A stretch of DNA of 64,000 nt from positions 1 to 64,000 of the IMG/VR virus record IMGVR_UViG_3300023174_000042; one strand, 5' to 3'. Shown piece by piece: positions 8,267-18,305 of this stretch. Below the pieces are notes generated by a model. The model was not told the DNA's origin. It saw only the letters and a program-made list of their open reading frames with translations, and made no database searches. The stretch's first letter is position 1. Each line of letters begins with the position of its first letter. The position numbers and the translations under genes were made by a program.

Positions 8267-8995
8267 TTATAAAATTTCAAGTAAGAAGTTGGAGTTACCT
8301 TCCCAATTTTTAAGTTGAGATTTTGGAACCCAGAAGATCATTTCTCCTATTTCTTCAACTCTTTTTAAATAGTCCTTTCGAAAACGATCCGCTTGACTCT
8401 TATCTTTAATGTATTCAACACCCATGTGTTTAGCACATGTTTTACCCATTGTGGTCAACATTGAAAACTCGTCGGTTAAACTTTTAGCACAACATACACA
8501 AACTTTAGCTCTTTTTACGGTCATTTTACCTGAGAACTTTACTGCTTTAGGCGAAATTGCCAAAACCTTAGTAATGTCCAAGATAGTTGGGTTGAACTCC
8601 AAACCATAAGTTTCTTTCATTTGTTGACCAATACGACGACCAACTTGGATGGTGTCTCCTTCAGTGGGGACATTCATTTGTTTGGTGGCCGCTTTTGTTT
8701 CTTCTTTTTTTATTTGATTGATTGCTGCTAACACTTGTTTGTCGGACAATTTACCATAGGTTTCAAGTTTAGATTGAATCTCTTTTACAAAAGAGTTTTC
8801 TCCTGCGTAAGATTGAATTTTTTTCATGTCGTCTGTTAACTCAACTTGTTTTGCTTCAACAGGAGCGTTTAAGATTTTTTCAATAGCAGCTTCTTGTTTA
8901 GAAGTTAAGGAACCGTATTTTTTTATTACATCTTTCATTTTTAAAACAAAAGAGTTAGATCCTTGATAATTTTGAACTTGAGTGATGGTAGACAT
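8267..8995 (-). CDS. early protein with duplicated N-terminal module and DUF6011-like Zn finger
   Basis: NYQGSNSFV..MK..I.KYGSLTSKQ repeated as SYAGENSFV.EIQ..L.TYGKLSDKQ; CVCCAKSLTD...MGKTCA. Confidence 0.6.
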   Translation of the reverse strand: MSTITQVQNYQGSNSFVLKMKDVIKKYGSLTSKQEAAIEKILNAPVEAKQVELTDDMKKIQSYAGENSFVKEIQSKLETYGKLSDKQVLAAINQIKKEETKAATKQMNVPTEGDTIQVGRRIGQQMKETYGLEFNPTILDITKVLAISPKAVKFSGKMTVKRAKVCVCCAKSLTDEFSMLTTMGKTCAKHMGVEYIKDKSQADRFRKDYLKRVEEIGEMIFWVPKSQLKNWEGNSNFLLEIL

Positions 8996-9020
8996 ATAAA
9001 GTGTTTAATTGATTACAATA

Positions 9021-9051
9021 CAAAGATAGTAATATTTTTGTTTCAACCAAA
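9021..9051 (-). promoter_or_regulatory. Bacteroidota sigma70-type promoter (-33 TTTG / -7 TATCTTTG)
   Basis: TTTGG-N18-TATCTTTG, same spacing as the copies at 31833-31863 and 48893-48923. Confidence 0.75.
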
Positions 9052-9063
9052 AACTTTATAAAA

Positions 9064-9291
9064 TTATTTTACAAATTTTATTGTATCAATAGAATAGTAA
9101 CAATAGTTTTCTTTTTCTATGTGACAATGTTCAACTTTAATTTTGATTGAATCATTTTTTATGTTGTTGTTTCCATAAGCATCGCAATTAGACTTACTTG
9201 ATTTACAACTAGTCAGTATAATATAAACATACATGACTATAAGTTTTATAGTTGTATACATAAAAGTTTTTTTATTAATTTCTAATTTCAT
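9064..9291 (-). CDS. small putative lipoprotein
   Basis: Hydrophobic stretch then LTSC lipobox-like, SCKSSKSNCDAY. Confidence 0.55.
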   Translation of the reverse strand: MKLEINKKTFMYTTIKLIVMYVYIILTSCKSSKSNCDAYGNNNIKNDSIKIKVEHCHIEKENYCYYSIDTIKFVK

Positions 9292-9499
9292 TTTTTTAAA
9301 TTTTGTTAATCGAATGACTATTTTGAATAAATAATCTGATCATATCATTTTTATTTTAAAAATCTTAAATAATATATCTCTGCCAACAAAAAAATTGACA
9401 TGGAAGACATTATAAATCCTAATTCTTGTTTTAGATAAAAACTTATAACCATTATAATAAACAACATTAAAAATAATGGTATGTAATAAATTTGTTTTT

Positions 9500-10492
9500 T
9501 CATTGTGCGAATCCTACTTTACCTGTTCCTTTTATTGATGGTGCTTTCTTTAGTCCTTCGAGGTTATCCATCACTTCCTCAAATTCTCTTCCCATAACTA
9601 TAGTTGAAATTACAACTTCTTTCAAGTGTGAAAGTGACATTCCTTCAGTTCTTTTTATCCATTCTTGAATATCAACGCTTTTGAGATCTTCATTTTTTAG
9701 TTTGTGTCTAATATATGCTTCTCTTATTTCTTTATTTGGTAGTTCAACTTTGTATCGTCTATCAAATCTAGAAGGTCTGTTTGTAATTCGTTCTTGTAGT
9801 TTTTCAGGATAGTTGGTTGTCGCAATATAAACAACGTCTTCAATTTGTTTTACACCATCTAAGATATTTAATAATCTACTAGTTGAATGACTATTTTCAC
9901 CCGCGATTGAATCAATGTCCTCTAATATCACAATTAAAGGTCTTTCTTTTTCAATTTTTCGAAATGTTGAAATAAAATCAATAAAATAATCAATATCATC
10001 ATGATCTTTTACGTTAATTATAATTCCATCATTTTCAATAAGTTGTTTTGATATTAGTTGAATTATTCCTGATTTGCCACAACCTGGTTCTCCATACATT
10101 AAAATGCCACGCTTATGAACAAAGTTATAGTTTCTATATTTGTCTTTACGATCCCAAAAATTTTGAATGTCTTTAAGAATATCTTGTATTTCATAAGATG
10201 GCAATTGATATAGTTCATCTGTTTTGAATGGTTGTTTTTTTAATGCGTGTGAATTTACTTGTCTGTTCCATACTATTTCATAAATACCCGCCGGAACTTT
10301 TTGAACTGATGTAAATGCAGGAACAAATTCTTCATCTTGTAAAGTTCCCCAACATGTTGGCGAATTGTTAATTGGTTTATCATTTTTATCTTGATTTAAA
10401 TTTTCAATATAAATATTGTTTGTTTCATCAATTTCATTAACACTAATGTGTTTTAAGTCTTTTATATAATTTTCTAATGTGTAATCTTCCAT
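9500..10492 (-). CDS. AAA+ ATPase
   Basis: Walker A GEPGCGKS, Walker B ILEDID, LLNILDG, TTNYPE, RPSRFDR. Confidence 0.9.
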   Translation of the reverse strand: MEDYTLENYIKDLKHISVNEIDETNNIYIENLNQDKNDKPINNSPTCWGTLQDEEFVPAFTSVQKVPAGIYEIVWNRQVNSHALKKQPFKTDELYQLPSYEIQDILKDIQNFWDRKDKYRNYNFVHKRGILMYGEPGCGKSGIIQLISKQLIENDGIIINVKDHDDIDYFIDFISTFRKIEKERPLIVILEDIDSIAGENSHSTSRLLNILDGVKQIEDVVYIATTNYPEKLQERITNRPSRFDRRYKVELPNKEIREAYIRHKLKNEDLKSVDIQEWIKRTEGMSLSHLKEVVISTIVMGREFEEVMDNLEGLKKAPSIKGTGKVGFAQ

Positions 10493-10674
10493 TCTTTATA
10501 TTTTTCTTGTAAATTATTCCAATCTTCTTTTTTTATTGCCACTCTAATATCATCTACTGAAAAAAAAACTTCATTTGGAAAAACTAAAACATTTTTAATT
10601 TTTTCAAGATCAATTTCTATTCTTGTATAGTATAAACTTTCGTTAGCAAATCTAACTAACAACTCTTCTTTCAT
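10474..10674 (-). CDS. hypothetical protein
   Basis: ORF track. Confidence 0.6.
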   Translation of the reverse strand: MKEELLVRFANESLYYTRIEIDLEKIKNVLVFPNEVFFSVDDIRVAIKKEDWNNLQEKYKEWKITH

Positions 10675-10934
10675 TACAATTTGTTTGAAATGTTTTTAAT
10701 TATTTCTTCGTCTTCTTTTGAGAGTCTATGTCTATTTTCATTTAAGGTGAGAATTGCGGTCTCCCACTCTTTATCTAATAAGTTCAAACTTTTATTTTCA
10801 TAAGGAGTTTTAGAAATTACAAAACCGTCTTCAACAAAAAAATCAATCAATTTTTTTATTTCTCGATCTGATAAATTATCATAAATTTCATTAACATCCA
10901 AACTTATTTCTGTTTCTTTCCAAAATGTTGCCAT
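10674..10934 (-). CDS. hypothetical protein
   Basis: ORF track. Confidence 0.7.
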   Translation of the reverse strand: MATFWKETEISLDVNEIYDNLSDREIKKLIDFFVEDGFVISKTPYENKSLNLLDKEWETAILTLNENRHRLSKEDEEIIKNISNKL

Positions 10935-10982
10935 AATATTTTCTTTTTTTAAATTATAATAAAAAAAGGTGATTCCATCAAG

Positions 10983-12104
10983 TTAATGGGAGTCACCTAC
11001 GTTGTTTTTTTCGCTGAATATGTGATAATCAGGATTGATAACTTTTCCAACTTTTTGACGATCACCGCTGATATGTTTTACAACAACACCTTCGTGCGGA
11101 ACTTTGGTTCCTTCAATAAAATTGTTAAATACAAAACTATCTTGAGTTTCTTTATTCCAATTACCTTGATAAAGTAAATCAACCACAGGTAAATCTAAGT
11201 CATTAAATATTCCCCTTTCAACTAGAAACTCACGATAAAACCCATCAACCTCAACGTCAAATCCAGAAAAACGAATATCACTTAATCCATAGTCATAATT
11301 TTTTTGTATTCCATGTCCATAGATCTCACCATAGATTACTATACCGGTTCCCAATCTTTCAGGGGTGTAATATTCTTTAACATACTTCCAAAGTTTGTTT
11401 TGGATATTGTATTGTTCTGCCACAGTTCTCCAAACATCAGTAGAATAAAATCCTTGAGATGTAGATCCTTTCTCTAAATTGTGGGATCCATAGACATAAT
11501 CGAATTCAACCCATTCATTACCAAAGAACTTTCTAACACGATCCCAAAGACTTATTCTTTTCTTTCTTACTATACCATAACGAGCATTTGTTCCGTGCAT
11601 TTTACGAGTGATAACAACCTCATCTTCTTCGGTGAATAACTCAGGAACATTCTTCAAGTTAGGAAACTTATAATAAACGTGGAAGTTAGGATTTTGGTGG
11701 TATTTAACCTTTCTACCTCCAACACTCATTTCAACCATCTTAACTGGCGGTTCGTATTTGGAAACCTCAAGTAATTCCATACAATCAGATCCTTCATATC
11801 TGTATTTATCAGGAACAAAACCTATTGGTATTATTAAACATTCAGAATATACTCCGCGAAGTTTTACAGTTCTAACTCTTTGACCTTTTCTCAAGTATCC
11901 TGTCACACCCAAACCATCAGAAAGTTTCAATGGTATTACAGCGTCGGTAGTCGCAACAACAACCAAATCAGTTACTTTATATTCACCTTTTTTAACTATT
12001 GCATTCCAACCACCAACTACCGCAAGTTCTATGTTATCTGCCCCTTCTATTGGTTTTATTTCACAAACTAAACCAACATAACATACGCTATTTAAATTTT
12101 CCAT
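10983..12104 (-). CDS. RNA ligase, Rnl2-like / DRB0094 family, with N-terminal OB-fold-like domain
   Basis: IKPIEGADNIE start; motif I KMHGTN, YGEIYG, FSGFD, EGVVVK, KVIN. Confidence 0.85.
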   Translation of the reverse strand: MENLNSVCYVGLVCEIKPIEGADNIELAVVGGWNAIVKKGEYKVTDLVVVATTDAVIPLKLSDGLGVTGYLRKGQRVRTVKLRGVYSECLIIPIGFVPDKYRYEGSDCMELLEVSKYEPPVKMVEMSVGGRKVKYHQNPNFHVYYKFPNLKNVPELFTEEDEVVITRKMHGTNARYGIVRKKRISLWDRVRKFFGNEWVEFDYVYGSHNLEKGSTSQGFYSTDVWRTVAEQYNIQNKLWKYVKEYYTPERLGTGIVIYGEIYGHGIQKNYDYGLSDIRFSGFDVEVDGFYREFLVERGIFNDLDLPVVDLLYQGNWNKETQDSFVFNNFIEGTKVPHEGVVVKHISGDRQKVGKVINPDYHIFSEKNNVGDSH

Positions 12105-12116
12105 AATATTTTAATT

Positions 12117-12431
12117 TTAGTATAAAGCGTCTTTTTCAACATACTTTCTAATTAATTTAAAAATTTCTTTAATATCAGTAAATTCTGATGGAGGACTATC
12201 AAGTCTAGGAGGTAGAAATATCAAAGTAAACCCATGATTTCCTTTAAATCTCTCTTTCACTTTGATGCCACAGATTTCGTGAATATAAACCCATGGGTAA
12301 TTACCCATAAGTTTAACCTCAATTCCAATTTTTTTCAATCTCTCCACAAAGACCTTGATTTTATCACCAGTCAATTTTGTAGGGTCGTTTTCTCTTTCTA
12401 TATAAGTTCCAAATTTAGTTTCTTTTTTCAT
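12117..12431 (-). CDS. hypothetical protein (start reassigned to MKKETK)
   Basis: ATG 12431 overlaps the upstream stop in ATGA-type fashion. Confidence 0.65.
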   Translation of the reverse strand: MKKETKFGTYIERENDPTKLTGDKIKVFVERLKKIGIEVKLMGNYPWVYIHEICGIKVKERFKGNHGFTLIFLPPRLDSPPSEFTDIKEIFKLIRKYVEKDALY

Positions 12432-12691
12432 TTTAATAATTCTAAAAATATTATAACAACAACGGACCCAAACAAATATCCAAGTCCTGAACATGATGCC
12501 AATTTTAATCTTTCGTTCCAAGTTTTTGACTCAATCATAAATCCTACAAAAGGTAATGATAAAAATGGGCCGATAAGTGCAAAAAATAACATTCCAAGAT
12601 AATTTTTATCACTAACTACCGATATGTAACATGTGCTTCCTACTTCTAATATTAGAGCAGAAAAAAATACAATCAAATATTTTTTAATCAT
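12428..12691 (-). CDS. small membrane protein
   Basis: Three hydrophobic segments. Confidence 0.65.
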   Translation of the reverse strand: MIKKYLIVFFSALILEVGSTCYISVVSDKNYLGMLFFALIGPFLSLPFVGFMIESKTWNERLKLASCSGLGYLFGSVVVIIFLELLK

Positions 12692-12909
12692 CGAAGAACA
12701 AATTGATGAATTACTACTACTAATTTTCCTTCAACTATGGCTCTATCTTTTTTTATTTCAATATTCATCCAACCCAAGTCTTCTTTTAGTCTATTGGCTT
12801 GAACTTCAACCTCGTGTTCGGCATCTTCTTTTGTTTTGAAGAATCCAAAATACGTCTCGCACGATCCTGTCTTATCACAAACTCCGTAAATTACTTCTCT
12901 ACTTTTCAT
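12688..12909 (-). CDS. hypothetical protein
   Basis: ORF track. Confidence 0.65.
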   Translation of the reverse strand: MKSREVIYGVCDKTGSCETYFGFFKTKEDAEHEVEVQANRLKEDLGWMNIEIKKDRAIVEGKLVVVIHQFVLR

Positions 12910-13105
12910 CTTTTAACCTTTTTTTTGATTCTTGTTTTAACCCTGTTAATATTCCTTTTTTATAAGCTACGTAATCTTCTTCGTATTTAGATGGCCAAGC
13001 CACAAGATAAGAATTTAAATTATCTTTTGGATAAGTATAGAAATCTTTTTCTAATCTTTTTTTGGTTTTTCTTGGTAATCTAAACTTCTTTATTTTTTGA
13101 ACCAT
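12899..13105 (-). CDS. basic hypothetical protein
   Basis: ORF track. Confidence 0.6.
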   Translation of the reverse strand: MVQKIKKFRLPRKTKKRLEKDFYTYPKDNLNSYLVAWPSKYEEDYVAYKKGILTGLKQESKKRLKDEK

Positions 13106-13262
13106 AACATTCTAATTTTTCGTTTTTAACATTCCACAAATCTTTTTTTCCTTCTGTCATATGACAATTATGACGTTTGTTGGTCCTACGACCAAAATCA
13201 ACAATCATATCATTATGACGATTAGAAATTAAGTGTGGGCATTCTTTACAGGGTTTTTTCAT
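13080..13262 (-). CDS. small Cys/His-rich hypothetical protein
   Basis: PCKECPH...HNCHM...C. Confidence 0.6.
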   Translation of the reverse strand: MKKPCKECPHLISNRHNDMIVDFGRRTNKRHNCHMTEGKKDLWNVKNEKLECYGSKNKEV

Positions 13263-13263
13263 A

Positions 13264-13500
13264 TTAGCAATGAATTTTATAAATTAAAAACCCCTCAATA
13301 TCTCTAAGAATTTGACCTATTCCGTTTTTTGCCGAATGAATATACAAAAAATTACCTCCATTCTTAATTGAAACTATCTTACCATTAGACAGGTGTATTC
13401 TTTTTTTTGTTTTTTTGGTAACGATTACATCGTTGTATCCTTCGCCAACATTCAAAGATAATAAAAACTTTTCGGCAAATTCGAAATCACTCATTTTCAT
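13264..13500 (-). CDS. hypothetical protein
   Basis: ORF track. Confidence 0.6.
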   Translation of the reverse strand: MKMSDFEFAEKFLLSLNVGEGYNDVIVTKKTKKRIHLSNGKIVSIKNGGNFLYIHSAKNGIGQILRDIEGFLIYKIHC

Positions 13501-13700
13501 AAAAACAAATATACGTAAGTTATTTGAATTAAAAAAAATAAATTGTAAAAAAAATAAAAAATTAGAAAAAATAAAATAAGAAGTATTATCACAGTAAGGT
13601 TTTTATTTTCATTCCACATATATGAAAAAAATTCATAAATATCGATCAATAAAAATCTTAAAACAAATGAAGTAAGAACTATTATAAATATTAAAATCAT
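13497..13700 (-). CDS. small membrane protein
   Basis: Very hydrophobic; overlaps both neighbours by 4 nt. Confidence 0.55.
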   Translation of the reverse strand: MILIFIIVLTSFVLRFLLIDIYEFFSYMWNENKNLTVIILLILFFLIFYFFYNLFFLIQITYVYLFL

Positions 13701-16700
13701 CTAATTATTAGTTTCAATGTCTCGGTTGAGTTTTCGGTCGAGAACACTGACACATAATAAACTCCTGATGGTAATTTAATATTTGACACATCAAATAGGT
13801 TAATACCTTTAATAATACTTACATTTAAAGAAAAAACTTCAGATCCTTTTGAATCTCTAACTATTAAAGTTCCATCACCAATCATTTGTTTATTATTTAA
13901 TACAACTTGAAAATCGCCTGAACTTGGATTTGGAAATATTGAAAAATAACCTTTTGAATTTCCATTACAAACAACATTTATCGGACCATGTTCTTTAAAT
14001 TGTCCGTCAATGTCGTATTGAATTAATTTATAATAATTATTTCCATCGATCGCATTTTCATCTTTTGTTGTATAATCTGTTATTTGATTTGAATTGCCAA
14101 CTGAATTTAAAGTGGTCAATTTAGACCAATTAATTCCATCTCTTGATTTTTGAATTTCAAAATAATCTGAGTTATGTTCAGTTGCTGTTTTCCAATTTAA
14201 AGTAATTAAATTATCACTACAAGTTCCATTGAAAGATAATAACTCAACTGGAAGTGCTTGTGAGTTTGGAGTTCCAATATTAAACCAACTAAACCCTTGT
14301 GTGTTATTACTTGATATCAAAAATGATTGTGGGTTTGCGTTTTGAGGAATTGTTACATGTGTTCCACAGGATTGCCAAGAAGTATGATTTGACCCTGGTG
14401 ATTTTATAATTCTACAAATCTGTGGTGTTGTCATACCAGTTATGTTATTTGCAAAAAACGTAATATTATATGGTGTTGAGTTTATGCTAGATGAATAATT
14501 TCCACCATTTGGAATTACTTCCCAATAACCATCAATAGAATAGTTTTGAATAAGTGAATTTGAAATTGTTAAAGGTAATCCGTTATATAAAGGACTTCCA
14601 TTAACAATAGGAGCTCCTGTATTATATCTAACGGTTAAAGATTGATTTACACCTGGCGATGAAGTAAAATTGATGTTTGAATATCTATTATAGGTTGATG
14701 TTCCAACAGGAAAAAATCCTTCAATACCGTTTGTAGGTAGGTTATTAAAAAACCTCTTAAATGGTCCTACAATTGTTCCTGTGTTATATGTTAAAGTTCC
14801 AGAATTTGAACTACTTGAACCTAATGTTAATAAATTAGTTGGTGTTGTAAAAATATTTCCTTGAATCATATTCAAGTTTCCTGTTACTACTACAGGATGG
14901 TTTAAGGTAAGGGTTGCTCCTCCCGTTTTATTTACTTTCATATTTAAAAGTTGTGAAGTTCCTGTTCCAATAAAAGATGAATTTTGACTTCCAACAAAAC
15001 TAACGGTTCCATTACTAGCGGTCAACGTTCCATTATTAACAATGTCATGATATATATGTAAACTATCATTTGTAAGATTTAAAGTTATTCCTGGATTTAC
15101 AAAAACATCATAAGCGTTTCCACTTGTAGTTAAAGTTGGGTTTGTATTTCCAATACAAATACCACCGTTTGCTTGATTTAATGTAAATACCTGACTTGAG
15201 TTTGTTGGTTGAGCATTTCCTGACATTCTAACAAAATGACCTGCTGGTTGTTTTTCATACCAATTTGTAGAAGTTGCCCAATCTGTAGATGTTAAACCTC
15301 CCCATAATAAATCAAATGAACCTATATTTGCTCCAAGTGAAGCCGCATTTGGCTGATTAAATGTAACTAATTTTTGATATGAAGTTGAGCATTGTCCATT
15401 AGTAACAGTCCATTGTAATGTATAAGATTGTCCGTAATTTCCTGTAAATGTTGATGTAGGTGAATTTACGTTTGAAAAAGAACCTCCAACTCCATTAAAA
15501 ACCATCCAAGTTCCAGTTTGACCTGCTTGTGGCGTGTTAGCTGCTAACTGAACCTGATTGATACCACAAGTAGAAACTCCAGTCTCCGGTTGACCTGCAT
15601 TTGCAACAGGTGCTGAAACTACTGTAACTGTTGTTGATGCGGTATTGGAACATCCATTTGAATTTGTTCCTGTTACAGTATAGGTTTGTGTTCCGTTTGG
15701 ATAAAAAGTAACTCCATTTGTTACTCCGTTATTCCAAGAGTAAGTGGTTGCTCCTGAACCGTTTAAAGATACTCCTGATCCTGAACAAATTGTTTGATTT
15801 GGTCCGGCACCAACTGATGGTAATGGGTTAACTGTAATTGTTCTACTTGAAGAGCTTGAACATCCATTTGAAGTGGCAATGACTGTATAAGTAGTTGTTG
15901 TAGTTGGAGTCGCAGTTGGGTTTGAAATTGAAGAATTATTAAGTGATGCTGATGGTGTCCATGAGTAAGTAATTGGTGGAGTTGTAGAACAAGTATTGAC
16001 CGATTGATTTACAACTTGACCTCCACCTAAACTTCCGCTCGAAATAGTCACTCCATTACAAGTAATTAGAAAAGTTGCTGTGTTGTCATTAAAAGTTCCT
16101 TGAGTTTCAATTGAAAATGTATAAGGTCCATTTGCTGTTGATCCAATTGTTATGGTATTTGTAGATCCTAAAGAATAATTTCCTCCTGAACCAATTAAAG
16201 ACCCTAAACTATTATATAATGTCCAACTTGTTTCATCCATAAATCCACCACTTGAAATTGTTACCACCAGATTCGCAGGAACAGATATACCTGAAACATT
16301 ACAATTAAGTTGAGTTGATGATCCAAGACAAATTGTATTTGATAAAGATGTGACACTGACAGTAGGCACTTGGTTTACTGTAATTGACGTAGATACACAA
16401 TTTGTACTAAATTGACTTCCATTATAGTTTCTTGCATAGTAGGTTGTGTTGGTAGTTGGTGAAACGGTAATTGAATTTCCTGTTCCGATTTGCGCCGTGC
16501 CACAACCTCCAGTATACCAATATACAGTTCCACTTGCTCCGTTTGCGGTTAATGTTGTAGATTGACCATTACATATTGTTGATTGTGTTGTAGAAATAGA
16601 AGTAGGATCTGGTGGTGGTGGGGTAGTACAAATAAGACCAATCTGAAAAGCGCTATTAGTGCTATATCCATGAACCAATATGTAATAAGTAAGACCTGGA

Positions 16701-17734
16701 ACTGATGTCCATTGATATGAAGCGGAAGTTGAAAGGCAACTTGGCCCGTTATCATCATTTCCTCCAACACACGTAAGTGATGAGCAGTTAGGTCCACTAA
16801 AAACGGAGATTTTGCTATCCCAAACTGTGTTACAAAGATAAGCCGTCATAATTTGACCTGTCCCTGTAATCTTAAACCAAACACCTGGCATTGTTTGTGT
16901 TACACTGCAAGTATTATTTTCTCCAGTTCCGCTATTAGTAGCATTTACAGTAGTGGCCGAAAGTAATTGACCACATGATATTGAATAAGCGTTACAAACC
17001 AAGTCGTTTGCCGGAGCAGAAGGAGCCGAACAAGTTATACAACTAACGGTAGATGTTCCACATGAAGACGCAGTTCCACAACTAGAATTTGTATTGTAAT
17101 GAACATAAACGGTTCCTGTATAGGATGAAGCCCAATTAAGAGGAGCAGTTCCATAAGCAACGATTGGTCCGTTATATGTTCCTGTATGAACAGTTATATA
17201 ACCACCCAGACTATATCCAAACTGATACGTTTGTCCGGCAACTACTCCTGATACGGTTGAATATTCACTTTGAAAGTTACAACTTGAAATTGTAACAGTT
17301 GTAGGTGTGTTTGGAGCAACCGCCGATCCGTATGAACTAGTATTTGTACATCCTGGTGTAGCAACACCACAACTTCCTATACAAGTTTGTCCTCCTGAAG
17401 TTGCCGTTCCAATTACAGGTTGAATGGTGTTTAACAGGACAGTTCCTACATTGTTTACTATCTGAACTCTCATTTCAGAAGGATATGACCCTGCAATTGT
17501 TCTAAAAACACGAATTGTTGAGCCTGAAGATGCTGAGAAATTATAGTTTAGTGGTCCATAACCTGAAGCAAGTGTTATGTTAGTTAGAACTGTAATACCA
17601 TTAACAGAAACAGAAACATAACCTCCATTCCAACCATCTCCCCAAGTATCGGTGAGTTTAATAGTATGGGTGCATGATTGTGAATAAAAAAAACTTGATA
17701 AAAACAAAAACAAATAAAGTAAAGCATTTCTCAT
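13697..17734 (-). CDS. large secreted Ig/PKD-like repeat protein with T9SS-type C-terminal sorting domain
   Basis: Signal peptide MRNALLYLFLFLSSFFYS/Q; T/S/N/G-rich beta domains; LPVELLSF; FSIFPNPSSG...LPSGVYYV...KLIIR. Confidence 0.85.
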   Translation of the reverse strand: MRNALLYLFLFLSSFFYSQSCTHTIKLTDTWGDGWNGGYVSVSVNGITVLTNITLASGYGPLNYNFSASSGSTIRVFRTIAGSYPSEMRVQIVNNVGTVLLNTIQPVIGTATSGGQTCIGSCGVATPGCTNTSSYGSAVAPNTPTTVTISSCNFQSEYSTVSGVVAGQTYQFGYSLGGYITVHTGTYNGPIVAYGTAPLNWASSYTGTVYVHYNTNSSCGTASSCGTSTVSCITCSAPSAPANDLVCNAYSISCGQLLSATTVNATNSGTGENNTCSVTQTMPGVWFKITGTGQIMTAYLCNTVWDSKISVFSGPNCSSLTCVGGNDDNGPSCLSTSASYQWTSVPGLTYYILVHGYSTNSAFQIGLICTTPPPPDPTSISTTQSTICNGQSTTLTANGASGTVYWYTGGCGTAQIGTGNSITVSPTTNTTYYARNYNGSQFSTNCVSTSITVNQVPTVSVTSLSNTICLGSSTQLNCNVSGISVPANLVVTISSGGFMDETSWTLYNSLGSLIGSGGNYSLGSTNTITIGSTANGPYTFSIETQGTFNDNTATFLITCNGVTISSGSLGGGQVVNQSVNTCSTTPPITYSWTPSASLNNSSISNPTATPTTTTTYTVIATSNGCSSSSSRTITVNPLPSVGAGPNQTICSGSGVSLNGSGATTYSWNNGVTNGVTFYPNGTQTYTVTGTNSNGCSNTASTTVTVVSAPVANAGQPETGVSTCGINQVQLAANTPQAGQTGTWMVFNGVGGSFSNVNSPTSTFTGNYGQSYTLQWTVTNGQCSTSYQKLVTFNQPNAASLGANIGSFDLLWGGLTSTDWATSTNWYEKQPAGHFVRMSGNAQPTNSSQVFTLNQANGGICIGNTNPTLTTSGNAYDVFVNPGITLNLTNDSLHIYHDIVNNGTLTASNGTVSFVGSQNSSFIGTGTSQLLNMKVNKTGGATLTLNHPVVVTGNLNMIQGNIFTTPTNLLTLGSSSSNSGTLTYNTGTIVGPFKRFFNNLPTNGIEGFFPVGTSTYNRYSNINFTSSPGVNQSLTVRYNTGAPIVNGSPLYNGLPLTISNSLIQNYSIDGYWEVIPNGGNYSSSINSTPYNITFFANNITGMTTPQICRIIKSPGSNHTSWQSCGTHVTIPQNANPQSFLISSNNTQGFSWFNIGTPNSQALPVELLSFNGTCSDNLITLNWKTATEHNSDYFEIQKSRDGINWSKLTTLNSVGNSNQITDYTTKDENAIDGNNYYKLIQYDIDGQFKEHGPINVVCNGNSKGYFSIFPNPSSGDFQVVLNNKQMIGDGTLIVRDSKGSEVFSLNVSIIKGINLFDVSNIKLPSGVYYVSVFSTENSTETLKLIIR

Positions 17735-17897
17735 AGCGTATAAAATTTTTTAATAAATTAATTTTACACTCACTTGAAGAATCCTTACTGGAAACCCCCA
17801 TCTACCATGGGCCGGTCGAGTTTTTAATAAATACACGAAAACACTTAAATTTTAAACAGAAAAACTCGTAAATTGAGCAAAACAACTATTTGGTTGA

Positions 17898-18305
17898 TTA
17901 TTTTTTAATTTTTACAGTATCAACAGGAATTAAGGTTACTTTTGTAACACCTCTTTTAATAAAATTAAGTTTTTTAGCCGTTCCATAACTAAGATCAATA
18001 ATAAATTTTGAACTTTTTGGTAGTCTGTCATTAACTTTAACATAACATACTGAGTCGTTGTTTTGATTTACAACTTTTAGAATTGTTCCAAACTTAAAGT
18101 GTTTATGAGCGGCCGTTAAACTATCGGCATGAAATCTTTCACCTGAAGCAGTTAATCTTCCTGTCCAATGTTGTCCGTAATAAGATGCGGTTCCTTCGTA
18201 ATTATTTGGTGTTGATATAAAAGAAACAAAAAATAATGAAGTAATTAAGATAAGTTTATTTAAAATTCCAATTTTTGTATTTAGTTTCGATTTTTCTTTT
18301 TCCAT
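17898..18305 (-). CDS. rlpA: RlpA-like lytic transglycosylase (DPBB fold)
   Basis: GTASYYG...TASGERF...LTAAHK...KVNDR...IIDLSY. Confidence 0.85.
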   Translation of the reverse strand: MEKEKSKLNTKIGILNKLILITSLFFVSFISTPNNYEGTASYYGQHWTGRLTASGERFHADSLTAAHKHFKFGTILKVVNQNNDSVCYVKVNDRLPKSSKFIIDLSYGTAKKLNFIKRGVTKVTLIPVDTVKIKK

